DNA of 64,000 nt, taken from the NCBI RefSeq assembly GCF_009914755.1, contig NC_060938.1; one strand, 5' to 3'. This DNA comes from the human T2T-CHM13v2.0 reference genome, Homo sapiens. This document shows, piece after piece, positions 41,860 to 57,059 of this stretch. Within the stretch, counting starts at the first letter, position 1. Every line of letters begins with the position of its first letter. Made by a program: the position numbers and the translations under genes. Under the pieces are notes generated by a model. That model ran no database searches. It was not told the origin of the DNA and was given only the letters and a program-made list of their open reading frames with translations.

Positions 41860-42205
41860 ACAAAAAAGTTTGCTATAAATTCTAACCACCTCACACTCTT
41901 TATGCTTCGTTCAATATATTGTGTACTTTCACGCTTTCTTGCTGTTCCATCTGCCTAAAATGCATCTTTTTCTGTATTTATTTAATAATCACTTACATAT
42001 ATTTCAAATAGGTTTTTCTTAAATAGTCATCCTCAATCCAGCCCCAGGCAAAATTAACCACAGATCTCTAATTGTTTGGTTATTATAAAATTATTTCTGT
42101 ATGACTCTGTTTCCACTTTTAGATTATATTTTTCACAAGGACAAGACCATGACATTTTCTACTATCTCCATACCCTCTCTTAAATATTTATTGAATTGAA
42201 TAAAA
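41860..42205 (+). mobile_element. L2 3' region
   Basis: TGCTGTTCCATCTGCCTAAAATGC...AAGGACAAGACCATG...AAATATTTATTGAATTGAAT. Confidence 0.65.
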
Positions 42206-43301
42206 TAACTTAATGTTTAATAGTTTCGTATTACTTTGTAACTCTCACACACACATTGTTAATTTATTTCTGTGCATTGCTTGATATTCACAGAGTTTTA
42301 ATATCTTCTCTATAGCAAATTTCATACTGTTTTCAATGTTCAGTTACACTTTTTTATTTTTGAATTCTTCCTAGATTTTGCTTCCGGCTTTTGTCCTTGA
42401 ACTTCAAAATATAAGAGGAAGACTTTCATTTGATAATCAATTCAAAAGAAAAGTCTTTCATACTGAGAGCCTACAAAAGTTTTTGTATTAGTAGGTACTC
42501 TGTATTTTAACAAAAATTCAACATTAAGAAAGATTATTTTTCTCTCTTTTTTGTATATTTGTACACCACAAAATAGATGGCATATATGACACGTTTCCAC
42601 TGTTTCATACGTTCATGATCTAATCTTGGCTGTAGTCCCAAAATCCGTTTGTCAGCAGCCTGCTGCTTAAATCTAATGCCCTTTTCTCCCATTCATCTTA
42701 GTTGAGATAGAATTATTGACAGAAATGATTTCTAGAGGGAAATTAAGAATGATAATTAATGTGGTGCCCCTTACAGTTACTAAATGGCATGTCTGTCTCT
42801 ATTTGTGTTGGGGGAGGTGTAGTAACTTCATCCAATTTAAATGAATCAGTATAAAATTTGGCACCAAGACATACAACTCAGAGACCTTATTAAATACAAG
42901 GATGATGCTACATTACATTTAAGCAGTACCTGTTGAAAATTAACACCTAATAGGGTGCAATTGCTTCACAGTTTCCTCAAGAGGAAATCTGCCTTATCTC
43001 TTTAATTCAATTCATTTTGCTTTGAATAATTTCATGTATATTATTCAGCTTCTGGCTCTAAACAGTGGCAAAAGTATTTATTCGTTAGAAAGTAAGTGCC
43101 TTGGTTGTTGAGCAATCCTCTTACACACCAGACACATTTTCCCCTGCTATAGACTTTTTCTTCAAATACCTACTTGCATTTTATTTTGTGGATATTTCAC
43201 ATAATTAATTATTTAGCATCAAATTGATCAGCTTGGAATAAAGGACTAAATATAAGCAAATATATTTATATTTTAAATTAATTTTAGTTTTTATTTGGCA
43301 T

Positions 43302-43693
43302 TGATATGGTTTGTGTCTCTTGTCCATTTGTAATCCCCAGTGTTAGAGATGGGAGGTGATTGGATCATGGGGACAGATTGCTCAAGAATGGTTTAGTATC
43401 ATCACCTTAGTGCCATCCTCACCGGTGAGTGAGTTATGAGATCTGGTCATATAAAAGTGTGTAGCACCTCCCCTCTCTCTCTTGCTTCTGCTTGGACTGT
43501 GTGATGTGCCTGTTCCTTCTTCACCTGCTGCCATGATTGTAAGTTTCCTGAGGCCTTCCCAGAAAGCCTAACAGAAACCAGCATCATGATTCCTGTATAG
43601 CCTGCAGAACTGTAAGCCAATGAAACCTCTTTTCTTTGAAAATTACCTAGTCTCAGGTGTTTCTTTATAGCAATGAGAGAATGGCCTAATACA
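43302..43693 (+). mobile_element. MSTB-like MaLR solo LTR
   Basis: TGATATGGTTTG...GGATCATGGGG...CCATGATTGTAAGTTTCCTGAGGCC...GGCCTAATACA. Confidence 0.88.
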
Positions 43694-45459
43694 GATATAA
43701 TTTACACATATTGTTTAAATGGTCAAATAGCATTCCAAGGTTTCACTCTTTCCTCCTAAATTCCCATCCCCAGGGCTGATGTTTGGTGGGTGTATCCTGG
43801 AGCAGTCTTGCTGATTGTTTATGGACAGAGACTATTGGATTAGTTGGCATATATGTAAGTTATTGGTTGTTAAATATTTTAATATTCAGCCTTACTCATC
43901 CCCCTCCCTCGTTCTCATTCCAAGGGAACTTCTATGAAGAATTAGAGATACATGATGGATGAAAAGGAAAAATGAGGCCATTATTATTCCAGAAAAATGG
44001 CAAAATGCTATACAAGAAAGGAAATACATTTTCAATAAACTTGTTTTAGCAAGTAACATTATTTATATAGTCATGACAGTATTAAAGCTGAATATTGATT
44101 TACCTCAGAGCCATGATATAACTATATTGGGAACGACACAAGAAAAGAAAATGGTGTGGTCATGGTATTAAAAGTGGTTAGATGACATAAAAGGCAAATA
44201 ATTAATAGTGTCTAAAATTGATCAAGCAGCCATATAAACAGATTGCTTAGAAATATGAAAGTACATAGCAGAAGAAACAGCTAAAGAATTTATTTCCTCT
44301 CTGCTCAGTTAAAAATACACTTTTTAATTCTTTTAGTGATAACACTAGAAATCAAAATTTGCATACTTAATTCACTAAGTCCAAACATACTCAATACTTT
44401 TGTCTTTCTCTCAGACAATATTAGAACTGTAGATCATTTTATTTCCACTTAATGCCCCTTTCTAGACTTACATGTTATTGATTTATATACTTTAATCTTA
44501 ATATTTAACTATAAAACATATTATTGTTTTATATGACCATTCTTCATTTTTCACTTACCTTTCTCTCCATTCCTAGGATTACCATCCTTCTGCCTAAAGT
44601 ACTTGCTTTACAATTGCTTTTTATGAGACAAGGTATGCCTTAGCTTGGGTGAAAGATAGTGTTTGTGCTGGGCACTGGTAATCTTTTATGCAGAAGAAAT
44701 CTTACAAGGCAGCATTTTAAAATAAAACATAAAGAAGTAGAGCTTTCCTGATTGATTTGAGTTAGGAACCTAAAATCCTGTTTAGGCTTTGATTTACTCA
44801 TTTGTAAATTGAAGCTACAGCACAAAATGGCCATTTTTTCTCATCTACAATTTTCAATTCTTCAGCTATCTAAGATCTCTTCACTCTTCAGTATGATCTA
44901 TCAATTTACCATTATCTACAAATTGAATGACCTTCTATTTCTTTCATTCATATATAACTCCTTTATTTATTATCTTCCCAAATAAATAGCCACAGGGTAA
45001 AAAAGGGAAGGAAGCATAATGCCATATCATGGATGTAAAATGTTGCCAGTGACTTCTCTCCTTATCTCAGACTGTTGGTACTTTTAGTGGTGATGGTGAA
45101 GCTAGTTTCTTACAGCTTCTGTTTCTCACTGGAGCCCAAGGTTTTGGAGGACTCACATAGCAGGCTTCATGCAATACTATTGTGTCCCTAAACCCCAGGG
45201 GACAGCACTAATATTGTTTTCTAGGTGAATAGTGCCCTGTGGAACTCCAGGAACTTCAAAACATTTATATCCAGGCTTTTGCTACATTTTGATTAACAAC
45301 CCTTAACACTGTGCAACATGGCACCCTAGTCCCGAGTGAGAATCCACCTGCCCAGAGGTAAAGTCCTGCACAAATTCTTTTTTCTCTTTAAATGACAAAA
45401 AGAACAAAGCAAAGATGGTAAACAAGACACAGGGAAAGAGAAATGAAAGTTGTTTTGCT

Positions 45460-45567
45460 TTGTTTTTATTTTTTGCTTCGTTTTGTTTTTAAAGATGGAG
45501 TCTTTCTATGTTTCCCAGACTAGTCTTGAACTCCAGACTCCTGAGTAGCTGGGACTCCAAGGGCATG
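45460..45567 (-). mobile_element. Degenerate Alu/FLAM fragment
   Basis: AAGATGGAGTCTTTCTATGTTTCCCAGACTAGTCTTGAACTCC...TGAGTAGCTGGGACT. Confidence 0.7.
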
Positions 45568-45754
45568 TCATCATCAAACAAGCTCAGTCAAGTTTTGACT
45601 CCTGGTTATAGTTCCAGTCATGAGAGCAGACTTTAGGAAATCACAAGATGCAAGCTCAATTAATAGCATGGTACTCTCCTAAAATCATTAGAGCAGCAAC
45701 CATAACAATGGGGATGTATTGCCTGCTGCAGCTGTTTTATTTCTGGAAGCTCAC

Positions 45755-45838
45755 TTCAGTCCCAAATGGGAAAAAAATACAACACAATTACTTGACTTTC
45801 CTTTCCATTTCCTGTCTAAAAATTTTTCTTTTGCTTTG
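45755..45838 (-). other. Candidate spliced exon (84 nt, one open frame KAKEKFLDRKWKGKSSNCVVFFSHLGL)
   Basis: Acceptor T12-CCTTCAG| and donor GAA|GTGAGC. Confidence 0.3.
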
Positions 45839-47336
45839 CTGAAGGAAAAAAAAAAAACCAGCATTGATTGATACAGCTGTATGTTCACAGTAGGTGATGC
45901 AACTGAGCTATTTTCACTAATAATACATGCATCCACTGAAGGGGTATTTTTTGAAGGAAGAAAAGGCATTTTCACAATCAATCAAATCCTGTTTCAATTT
46001 TTTCCTATGTAGTAAAGTTAGAATAACAGATATCCTGAAAAACTATGTAAATGACATCCTTTTTTTTCCATTTGTCTACCCATAGATTTCTTCAGAAGTG
46101 TGGGCTCTCAGGAATAAATAAGACAACTATGTCATTGGGTTGACTCCATTTTTTCTTTTAAAATTTTTGATTATCTCTCTATAGAAAGAAAAGAAATAAT
46201 TTGATGTGATTTATTATAAGGAAAAGTAACTTTCGAAATCTTCCAATCAAAGTTATTATTCTGAGCTTTTAATCCTTTTAGGGGACTGAGGCACTTACTT
46301 TTCTGCCAGCTTTCACTGTTGCTGCCTGCATTTCTATCCCTCCATCCTTAATGATACTGCATCTTATTTATCATTTGTCCATTCCTGAGGCACCTTTGAT
46401 TCCTTACTGTTTTATGTAATACATTTTGTCACCCACCTCTTCTGATTCTATATGTACTCATTTTCATTTGAACAGTTAAATATGGTTAAAAATCTCACAC
46501 AACTGCTACTGAATTTAAAGACAGAGAAAACATACACACGCTTGTTCTGACTACCATTGGTAAACAAAGTGAAATGGACATATTGTACAATGTATGCATC
46601 TATTTAATTTTCAGATAGGACAACATATTTTGAAGATGAAAGTCATGAAATGGTCTCTGTTAACTACCTACATTAGTTAATCTGAAATGTACCACAGATT
46701 CAAATATGTGTACAAATATCTAGATTTATTCCATAACCTTCCTCACTGGTTACAAAATATTTTAGTGACTTCTGTATCAAACTAACCATGTAATCTTTTA
46801 GTGGTTAAATTTTTAACCACTAATCTAATAGATCTTAACCACTAATATGACTTGATCCCTAAGTTATATTTCTATCCACATTTTAAATATTTGCAAATAT
46901 AAACTATGCACCCATTTTCTTCAAAGGTTACAATAGTATTTATAAGGGAGCACTAAAAAGTGTCTTGTTTCATGGTGTAACAAATAATTGTAAACTGTCT
47001 TCTAATCATTTATTTCTCTTTTCTCAATTTCCAAAAGTCCTTAATTTCCACTGAGTGATACTTGCAGTGTTAGAGAAACTGCTTCCACCCTGGGCTACGG
47101 TAGTGGAATATGTAGACTACAGTATCTCATTCCATATTCCTACCCCAAGTCAGAGTAATGTGTGATTTAACCTGTTCTAATTAAGGTAAATAACAGAAAT
47201 TCTGCTGGGTATATTGGGGTTAAGATGCATATACTTTATCTCTCATTATTATTATTTTTTAAATAAGTAACATAGAATATGCAGAATTTTTTGATCTGAA
47301 GATGTAGACTGGGCCACGATGAGGACCAATACCACT

Positions 47337-47700
47337 TGTATTAGTCAGCTTGCATTAGGTTATGATGCATAGCAAGTATCTCTTAAATCTGAATTGCTTA
47401 TGACAACAAAGTTATTTGGTTTCTCTCATTACTTGTAATCCGTAGGCCACTGCTAAACAGAGATAACCCAAGTCTACTCTTTTTCTATGAGTCTTTTTTC
47501 ATTTGAGAATTCAGGTGGAAGGAGCAGTCTCTATTTGGGCCATGCAGTTCTCATGGAATAAATAAAATAGCTGCTAAGTGAGCCCAACCACTTGAGTGCT
47601 CAAAGTTTCTGTTCGGTCATGGTGTACTTCACATCCATTCACCTTCCATTAGCCAAAGCAAATCACACAGTGAACTCCAAGATTAACTGGGCAGGGTAAT
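47337..47700 (-). mobile_element. MLT1J/I-like old MaLR LTR
   Basis: TGTATTAGTCAG...TAGGTTATGATGC...CACATCCATTCACCTTCCATTAGCCAAAGCAAATCAC. Confidence 0.75.
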
Positions 47701-49239
47701 TAAGATGTTAATAAGTAAAGTCAGTTTGCCTTTATGTATAGCTGCTATAACTTTCCGAAATTTTGGACCTACCACGAGATAATGGTTATTAAAAAGTAAA
47801 GTACAGTTAAATGTTATTAAAAGTTGGATTTTAGTTTTAATTACTCGGAGAAAAATGATGTCACTTTAAATAATGATTTGACTTTGGTTTTAATGAGATA
47901 AATTTGCAGTAAGGAGTTCTGAAACATCCAGTGGAACTTCTCTAAATTTACCAAATGTTTCTCCAGATGTCTATTAAGTGTCAAATTGAACTTGCAAATT
48001 ATTTTGCTTCACGTGGGGTTTTTAATTGAAGAATCACTCATTTTCTTCTTTCTTCAAAATCTGTGACATTTGGTAGTTGATAGTATTACACAGGAAAATT
48101 TCCTTTCAGTAAATTTATGTTTCCAGTATAATCAAGAAATACTTTTTTTTCCAGTATAATCAAAGCATGCCCTTGCAGATTTCAACATGTACATGTGATG
48201 GTGAATGACACCTATTTTAAATAAAGTTTCCATGTTGCTTTATCAACAGATTATGTAAATTAAAAATTATTCAGTTAACCACATATTTTATTTTAAAATG
48301 AAAAGAACATTGCTATGTATATTACAAAATTCTTAAGGCATATGTGAGTCCAGATTTGTTTGCTTGTTTAAATATAACTTCCTGAAGCAAATTTGGCAAA
48401 TACGTGTCTGAAAATTATACCTGAAATTCTGCCATATAAATTAAAGATAGAGGTAATAAAATAACATATTTTGTATTGCTTTATGTATTAATTTAAAAAC
48501 TAACAATTGTATGGTCTGTTATATCATCTATCATGTGATTATAGAAGGCTTAGAAATAAGTAAAAGGGAAGAAAGTCATGGAACTAAGCCAGAAGTGGAA
48601 GTGCAGACAGACAGGGGTATCAGGTGGCTTACATAATCAACAGAAAGGATGAGAACCAAGACTGAGCAGGATCTTGGTTGTGCAAAAAACTCTGCACAGA
48701 TAAGATTTTGTTATAAGAAGTGTTTGTTTGCTTAGGGCATCACTTTTGGCATAATTGTCCCTGCTCATGTGACATTTCTGGCCCTGATGCCACTGGACAA
48801 TTAGCTGATATGCTGCTTGCCTACATCTTTGAATATTTGATTTACATCATGTCACTAGGCTGTCAACTCTTGGTAGCTGCTTCACAGAGCCCCTGTTTGG
48901 CCCTTTATCTTTGTGTCACTCCCCCAGTTTTCTTTTTCTTCCGTAGCAGCTACTAAGTTGCTGTGTTGACTCACATGCCTAACTCTAGCTGCTAAATCAT
49001 GTTGAGAGAGACATATTTTCACATACTGTAGAGGTGGGAGGAAATTGCTTGCCATACTGAATATTTGCATGCTGGGCAGACAAGACAATAATACACTGTC
49101 TACCACTGTCACTTTTGGTATTATCACACAAATATGGGATCATTAGCATTTTTGTTTATATATTTCTAATCATTTGTATTATAATTAGTACATCAAACAA
49201 AACATTTTCTTAAAATCTTAGTTTAATAAAACAAAACAA

Positions 49240-49745
49240 AGTTAAGAGATTAAAAACTGGAGGTTATCTGCACCATATATGATAAAAATATTAATGATCT
49301 TAATACATACAAAAATTTCAAAATCAATAAGATAAAACAAACATTCCAATTACAAATTGACAAAGGACATGGACAAGCAATTCTAAAGGGAAATGTAAAA
49401 AGCTATTAAACATGTGACAACATGTCAACATAACTGGCATTCAAAAACACACACATACACAAAGCAATGATTTTTCACATTTTTTGTCAATCTATGAAAT
49501 ATTAAAAAGATTGACAATATTCAATGTCAGTAAAGACATGAGGAAACCAGCATTCAGACTAAATTGATACTTTCAAGGAAAAAGTTTGTTAACAAATGTA
49601 AACTAGTAAAACATAAATGTGATATCCTATTTTCCAGGAATTTATAATAAGAAAAACATCAAATAAATATGGGATAATACATGCCAAAAAATATTCATTA
49701 TAATATTGTTTATAATAAAGAATTAAGCTAAATGACAAATAAAAA
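49240..49745 (+). mobile_element. Old L1ME-like 3' ORF2 remnant
   Basis: CAAAGGACATGGACAAGCAATT...ATTAAAAAGATTGACAATATTCAATG. Confidence 0.65.
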
Positions 49746-49754
49746 ATTTAGGGG

Positions 49755-51835
49755 AGAAGTCCTAGCTAAAGCAATCAGACAAGAAAGAGAAATAAAGAGC
49801 ATCCAAATTGGAAAGAAAGAAGTCAAATTATCCTTGTTTGCTGATGATATGATCTTACATTTGAAAAAACCTAAAGACTCTACCAAAAAATTATTAGAAC
49901 CGATAAACAAATTCAGTAAAAGTGCATAAAATCAACATATGAAAATCAGTAACATTTCTGCATGCCGGCAGTGAAAAATCTGAAAAAGAGAAGGAAAAGA
50001 TGTCTACAATGAAAACTATAGATCATTGATGAAATAATTGTAGGAAGACACAGAAAAATGGAAAGATATTCCACGTTCATGGGTTGGAAGAATCAATATT
50101 GTTAAAATGTCCATACTACCCAAAGCAATCTGCAGATGCAATGCAGTCCTTATCAAAATGCCAAATAACCGTCTTCCCAGTAATATAAAAACAATCCTAA
50201 AATTTATATGAAACCAAAAAAGACAGATAATGGCCAAAGCTTTCCTGAGCAAAAAGAACAAAACTGGAGAAACAAATCACCTAACTTCAAATTATACTAG
50301 AAATCTATGGTAACCAAAACAGCACAGTATTGCCATAAAAATAAGCACCTAGACCAATAAAATAGAATAGAGAACCAAGAAACAAATCCATACATCTATT
50401 GTGAACTCATTTTCAACAAGGGTGCCAAGAATATACATTGAGGGAAGGACAGTCTCTTCAATAAATAGTGCTGGGAAAACTAGATATTTGTATGCAGAAG
50501 AATGAAACTAAACCTCTATTTCCTGTCATATACAAAAATCAAATCAAAATAGATTAAAGACTTACATCTAAGACCTCAAATTCTGAAACTACTTAAAGAA
50601 AACATTGGGGTCACTCACTAGGACATTGGACTGAGCAAAGATTTCTTGGGTAATACCCTACAAGCATAGGCAATCAAAGCAAAAAAGGACAAATGAAGTC
50701 ACAAAAAGTAAAAAGCTTCTGCACAGCAAAGGAAACAATCAACAAAGTGAAGAGACAACACACAGAATGGGAGAAAATATTTGCCAGCTATCTGTCTGAC
50801 AAGGAATTAATAATCAGAATATATAAAGAACTCAAACAACTCTAAAGGAAAAATCTGATAATCCAATTAAAGAATGGGAAAAAGATCTGAATAGACATTT
50901 CTCAAAAGAAGACATGCAAATGGCAAAGAGATACAAGAAAAGCTGCTCAACATCACTGATCATCAGAGAAATGCAAACGAAAACTACAATGAGACATCAT
51001 TTCATTCCAGTTAAAATGGCTTTTATCCAAAAGACAGGCAATAACAAATGCCGGTGAGGATGTAGAGAAAAAGGAACACTGTACACTGTTGGTGGGAATA
51101 TAAACTAGTCCAACCACTATGGAGGACAGTTTGGAGGTTCCTCAAAAAACTAAAAATAAAACTACTACATGATCCAGCAATCCCACTGCTAGGTATATAT
51201 CCAAAAGGAAGGAAATCAGTATACCGAAGAGATATTTTCACTTCCAATGTTTATTACAGCACTATTCACAATAATCAAAATTTGGAAACAACCTAAGTGT
51301 CCATCAACAGACAAACAGATAAAGAAAATGTGGAACATACATACAATGGAGTATTATTTGGCCATAAAAAAATAAGAGCCTGTCATTAGCAACAACGTGG
51401 ATGGAAGTGGAAGTCATTATGTTAAGTAAAATAAGCAAGGCACAGAAAGACAAACTTTGCGTGTACTCCCTTATTTAGGGGGAGCTAAAAGTTAAAACAA
51501 TTGCACTCATGAAGATAGAGAATAGTATGATGATTACCAGAGGCTGTGAAGGGTAGTTGTGGGGAGAGGGTAAAGCAGGGATGGTTAATAGGTACAAAAA
51601 AGTAGAATGAATGAGATCTAGTGTTTGATAGCACAATGGAGTGACTACAGTCAACAATAATAACTAAAAGAGTATAATTGGATAGTTTGTAACTCAAAGA
51701 GAAGATAAATGCTTGAGGGGATGGATACTCCGTTTACCCTGTTGTGGTTATTATATATTGTATGCCTGCATCAAAATATCTCATGTACTCCATGAATATA
51801 TATATCAACTATGTACCCACAAAAATTAAAAATAA
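49755..51835 (+). mobile_element. L1MA (about MA2-4) 2.1-kb 3' portion including RT FADD motif
   Basis: [36 protein letters not shown]; L1MA-type 3'UTR ending CTATGTACCCACAAAAATTAAAAAT. Confidence 0.92.
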
Positions 51836-52499
51836 TTTTTAAAGAAATATATTGAAGAGAGAGAAAGAGAGCGAGAGAGAAAGACATGTTTACAAGTTGG
51901 TTCAAAGAAAATATACACTGGTTACTTTCAGTTAATGGGGTGGCGAGTGAATTTTATTTTCTTCTTTGTATCTTATTGCTTAAATTTCCTATGTGAATAT
52001 GTATTCTTTTCATAATTAGAAAAATAATCTTTCAATTTTATCTAGAATTATGGAAAAGATCATTAAATTATATTGTAAATTTGGTTCTCTTTATGTTTCT
52101 GAGTCTTTATTTGTCTCTAAAGTGAGAATTTGAGGATATATGATGAATTGTTTTCATGGCCCCATCAGTCTCCAACATGTTTACTCTACACACTGTTTCG
52201 AACCCTAGTATGTCTTCTTCAGAAGGAGAAATGTAATAAAATGTGGTAGGATTGAAAGAGGATGTTCACTTGGAAGGTGACTCCTGATTATTTCTAGAAG
52301 ATCTTGTATGTGATGTGAAATCAGACACGTTAGTAAGGGTGGGGAACACGAGGTACCTCTTAGAAATGCAGTTCTTCTGTAAAACTTTGGAGTTGATGTT
52401 AAATGGCTGCAGAAGTCTGAAAGCCAACATCAATAACATTTTTTATTCTCAGATAAACTGCTGGGGAAGAAGTTGAGGTGGAACTCAAGATTACCAGAG

Positions 52500-53420
52500 A
52501 ATTTTCAAAAGACATTAACTGACAAGAGATGAAATCTAAAGAGCCGATAAACATATAAAAACATTCTCGAATTTAGCCACTTCTGACATGACTTTTATCA
52601 CCCAAATTTAGGCCTACCTCTATTTTTGTAAATAAAATTTTATTGGAACACACAAACAAAACTCAAAACATTCTCAGCCTCATTAGTAATAAAACACATG
52701 TAACTTTAAATTACAATGAGCTACCCTAACACATGTATTAGATTGACCAAAATTAAATAACCAGAAATACCAAGTGTTGGTACAAATATAAGGCAATGGG
52801 AACATGCATACTCTGTTGGTGTATTGTAAGCTGGTCCAATGACTCTGGAAAACAGGTTAGTCATTACCTAGAAAAATTAAAGATATATATATATATCTCC
52901 TATGACTTAGCAAACCCACTTCAAGTTGCATACTCTAGAGGAAAACTTGTTTGTCTACAACACGTTTATAGCAATCTTTTAAAATAATAGTCCAAACTAG
53001 AAACAACTCAAATTTGCATTAGTAGTAAAATTTAACATTCTGGTATATTCATAAAATAGAACACTATATGATACAATCCCTAACATGAATGGACATATAC
53101 AAAGTACTGAGGAAAAGAAGAAAGTCAACAGAATATGTGCAGTATGATTTAAATTTTATATTACTGAGAAGACAGAAAAAATAAACTTTATTGTTTAGAG
53201 ATTCATACAAAGGAAAACAATAATAAATTATTCATAGAAATCATAATAATGATTATCTCTTGTGGGAAGAGAGATAAATGTAACAAGAAAGGTCAAACAG
53301 GAGGCTTTAAAATGCTGACAACAATCTATTTCTAAAACCTGGGTTGGTTAAAATTGCTTTTGTAATTTACTTATGTATACATTTCTGATTTTTATCATAT
53401 ATTTTAAAATTAAAAACCTT
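52500..53420 (+). mobile_element. Old L1MD/ME 3' region (with a MER58-like fragment near 52600-52655)
   Basis: AATACCAAGTGTTGG, CCTATGACTTAGCAAACCCACT and CCAAACTAGAAACAACTCAAAT. Confidence 0.7.
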
Positions 53421-53421
53421 T

Positions 53422-53550
53422 AGCTAGGCATGGTGGCTGTGCATGTAATCCCAGCTACTTGAGAGGCTGAGGTGGGAGGACTACTTGAGCCCAGGAATTT
53501 GAGACCAGCCTGGGTAAAATAGGAAGACCCTGTATTTAAAAATAAACAAA
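53422..53550 (+). mobile_element. FLAM (free left Alu monomer)
   Basis: GTAATCCCAGCTACTTGAGAGGCTGAGGTGGGAGGACTACTTGAGCCCAGGAATTTGAGACCAGCCTGGG. Confidence 0.85.
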
Positions 53551-53879
53551 CACAAACACACACACATATTTAAAATAGACCTATGGAGAAAAAATATGAT
53601 AATTACTTCTACATGCTTCTCTTATGTTTTCTTTTTCTGATACTGGTCGTCTTTAGTAGATACACAAGAGTTGTAGGTTAGGGTGAGAGTAAGTGGTTAA
53701 AGTTATAGGAGAATGGTATAGCTAAAACACTCTGAGCAGGTGCCACATCTCAGTTGAGAAATGTGTAGATAAAGTCCTAATTTTGCAGCATCAGAGAACA
53801 CATGTAAGAGGCATACAGCAAGATTGAAGCTGCAATACCTAGGAAAAATAAAAATCAAGAAAATAAATTGAGAAGGATG

Positions 53880-55544
53880 TGAATTCTACTATTGTGAGAT
53901 GGAGTGTTCTATAAATCCAGTATGCTAGGTCCAATACGTTAATGACATTGTCTAGTTCTATTATAACTTGGCTGAATTTCTGTCTCCAACTATAATTGTG
54001 GATTTGTCTATTTCTTCTATTGATTCTGTCAGTTTTTCCTGCATCTGTTTTGTAGCTCTTTGGTTAGGTATATACACATTTAGGATTGGTATATCTTTTG
54101 GTGAGCTAAAACTTTTGTCATTATATTGTTAGAGTAGGTAGTCAGGCAGACATGAGCAGCGCGGGAGAAGGCCCCCCCCGCCCATGCTCATCCCTGACCA
54201 GGAATGTCAGGCAACCATCAGGTGATGGTCAAGTGGTTGTAAAACTGCCTCTCTAAAATAATAATTGGTTGCAGCCAATGCCAGGTAAAGACAGTCTCCC
54301 AAGAGCTAGAAAACACCTGAAACTGGTGATCAGTAGCTTCCCAATAAGATCTCAGGAATTGGGCAAGTGGGCTCAAGCATGTGCACCAAGAGGCAAAATG
54401 GCTGAGTTTAACCAGTATACGACCTTCCTCAGGGAACACTTGACTGGTAAGGGAAAAATACCTTAAGCGAGCATGTGCACAATTTCAATAAACATACCGA
54501 GCATGTGGCCACTGCTCATGTGGACAGCCTGCTCCAAGGGAAGAATCAAGGGAGAAGAAATGCAAACCTGGGACGATGCCAGTGTGTAAAACCCCAAGTC
54601 AAAGGCCAGACGAGGCGCTTGGATCTCTCAAGTCACCTGCTTGGCCCTCTTCCAAGTGTACTTTACTTCCTTTCATTCCTGCTCTAAAACTTTTTAGTAA
54701 ACATTCACTTTTGCTCTGAAACTTGCCCTGGTCTCTCCTTTTGCTTTAAACCTACTTCTGTGCCTCAGCCAAATTATTTCCTCTGAGGAGGGAAGTATAA
54801 AGTTGCTACAGACCAGACCCATATGAATTCACCACTGGTAACAATATAGTGCCCTTCTTTATCCTTGATAATTTCTTTGCTCCAAAGATGATTATATTTT
54901 AATAAAGCCAAATATATTCTTTAATTATTTTTTCCAGCTACTTTTGATTAGTGTTTAATAGTATGTCTTTTTCCATTCTTTTAATTTTAACCTACCTACA
55001 TTATATTTGAAGTTTTTTTTTAAATAAACAATATGTAGTTGGGGTCATGTTTGTTTTTACATTCTGATAATCTGTGTCTTAAATTATAAGTTTATTGATT
55101 TAACAGTATATGATATTTGATATGATTGAATTTAGATATATCACATTATTATTTGTTTCATGTTTCTCCCCTCTGTTTTTCATCCTTCTATTTTACGTTT
55201 CTGGCCTTCTTTTGAGCTAGTTGAACTTTTTTTAGCGTTTAGTTTTATTTATGTTTTGTGATTTTGACTATATCTCTTTGAATTTTTTCTTTTTTGTTTC
55301 AGTGGATGCTCCACGGATTATAAAGTACTTATTTAACTTTTCATTGTTTACTTAGAATTAATATTTTATTATTTCAATGGGAACATTTAGCCCTCCCATT
55401 TACACTATAGTTATGCTTACATACTATGTCTTCATAAATTGAGAATGTCTTTATTTCACCTTCATTCCTGAGGGATATTTTTGCTGGATAATGACCTGGA
55501 TTACCAGTTCTTTGCTTTCAACACTTTAAAAATGCTGTGCCAGT

Positions 55545-55545
<1 letters not shown>
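53880..55545 (-). mobile_element. Old L1M endonuclease-region remnant split by MER50
   Basis: TCTCCAACTATAATTGTGGATTTGTCTATTTC; GAATGTCTTTATTTCACCTTCATTCCTGAGGGATATTTTTGCTGGATA. Confidence 0.75.
54127..54843 (+). mobile_element. Full-length ERV1 solo LTR (MER50-like), 717 bp
   Basis: TGTTAGAGTAGGTAGTCAGGCAGACATGAGC...GGTAACA; perfect 4-bp TSD ATAT. Confidence 0.88.
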
Positions 55546-56439
<894 letters not shown>

Positions 56440-57059
56440 TAATCAATCTTCCTGCATTTCTACTTCAATGATGCTATTGTAGAGACTCAGTATTGAAGTA
56501 AATATTACTGAAACTTAGTGGGATGGGAATTAAGACTGAAATTTCCAGCTCCTTCTAAATGTTTGAGTCAGTGTATCTGGACTATAGCCTAGTTATTATA
56601 TGCATTTAAAATAATCTTCCCAGATAATCTAAACTTGGTGGTCTAAGATGCTACAGTGTAAATTCTACAGAAATGGGTAAAAACGTGTATAATATTTAAA
56701 AACATTATCAGAATCACCTGAAAATATTTTTTTACAAGTATAGACTTAATGCCTCCTACTACTTCTAGTACATTAGACTTTTTAGTGATGTGCTCCAGAG
56801 ATCTGTCATTGCTGTTGCTGTTGTTTTCAAGGTCCTCAAAGGATACTGTGATTATCTAGATTTGAGAATAACTGCTTTATATTATCTTCTTAAAAATTAC
56901 TGATTTCATTTAGGAGCTATATAATTAAAAAAAAGCTGCTTGAGATCACTGGGGAGTAATAGATATTTTGGGTATTTAATTAAATGGGGAAATTAATACA
57001 TTAAATATATAATAAGAAAATGACACTTTATTATGTGAAAGTAAAAAAAAACAACTTAC

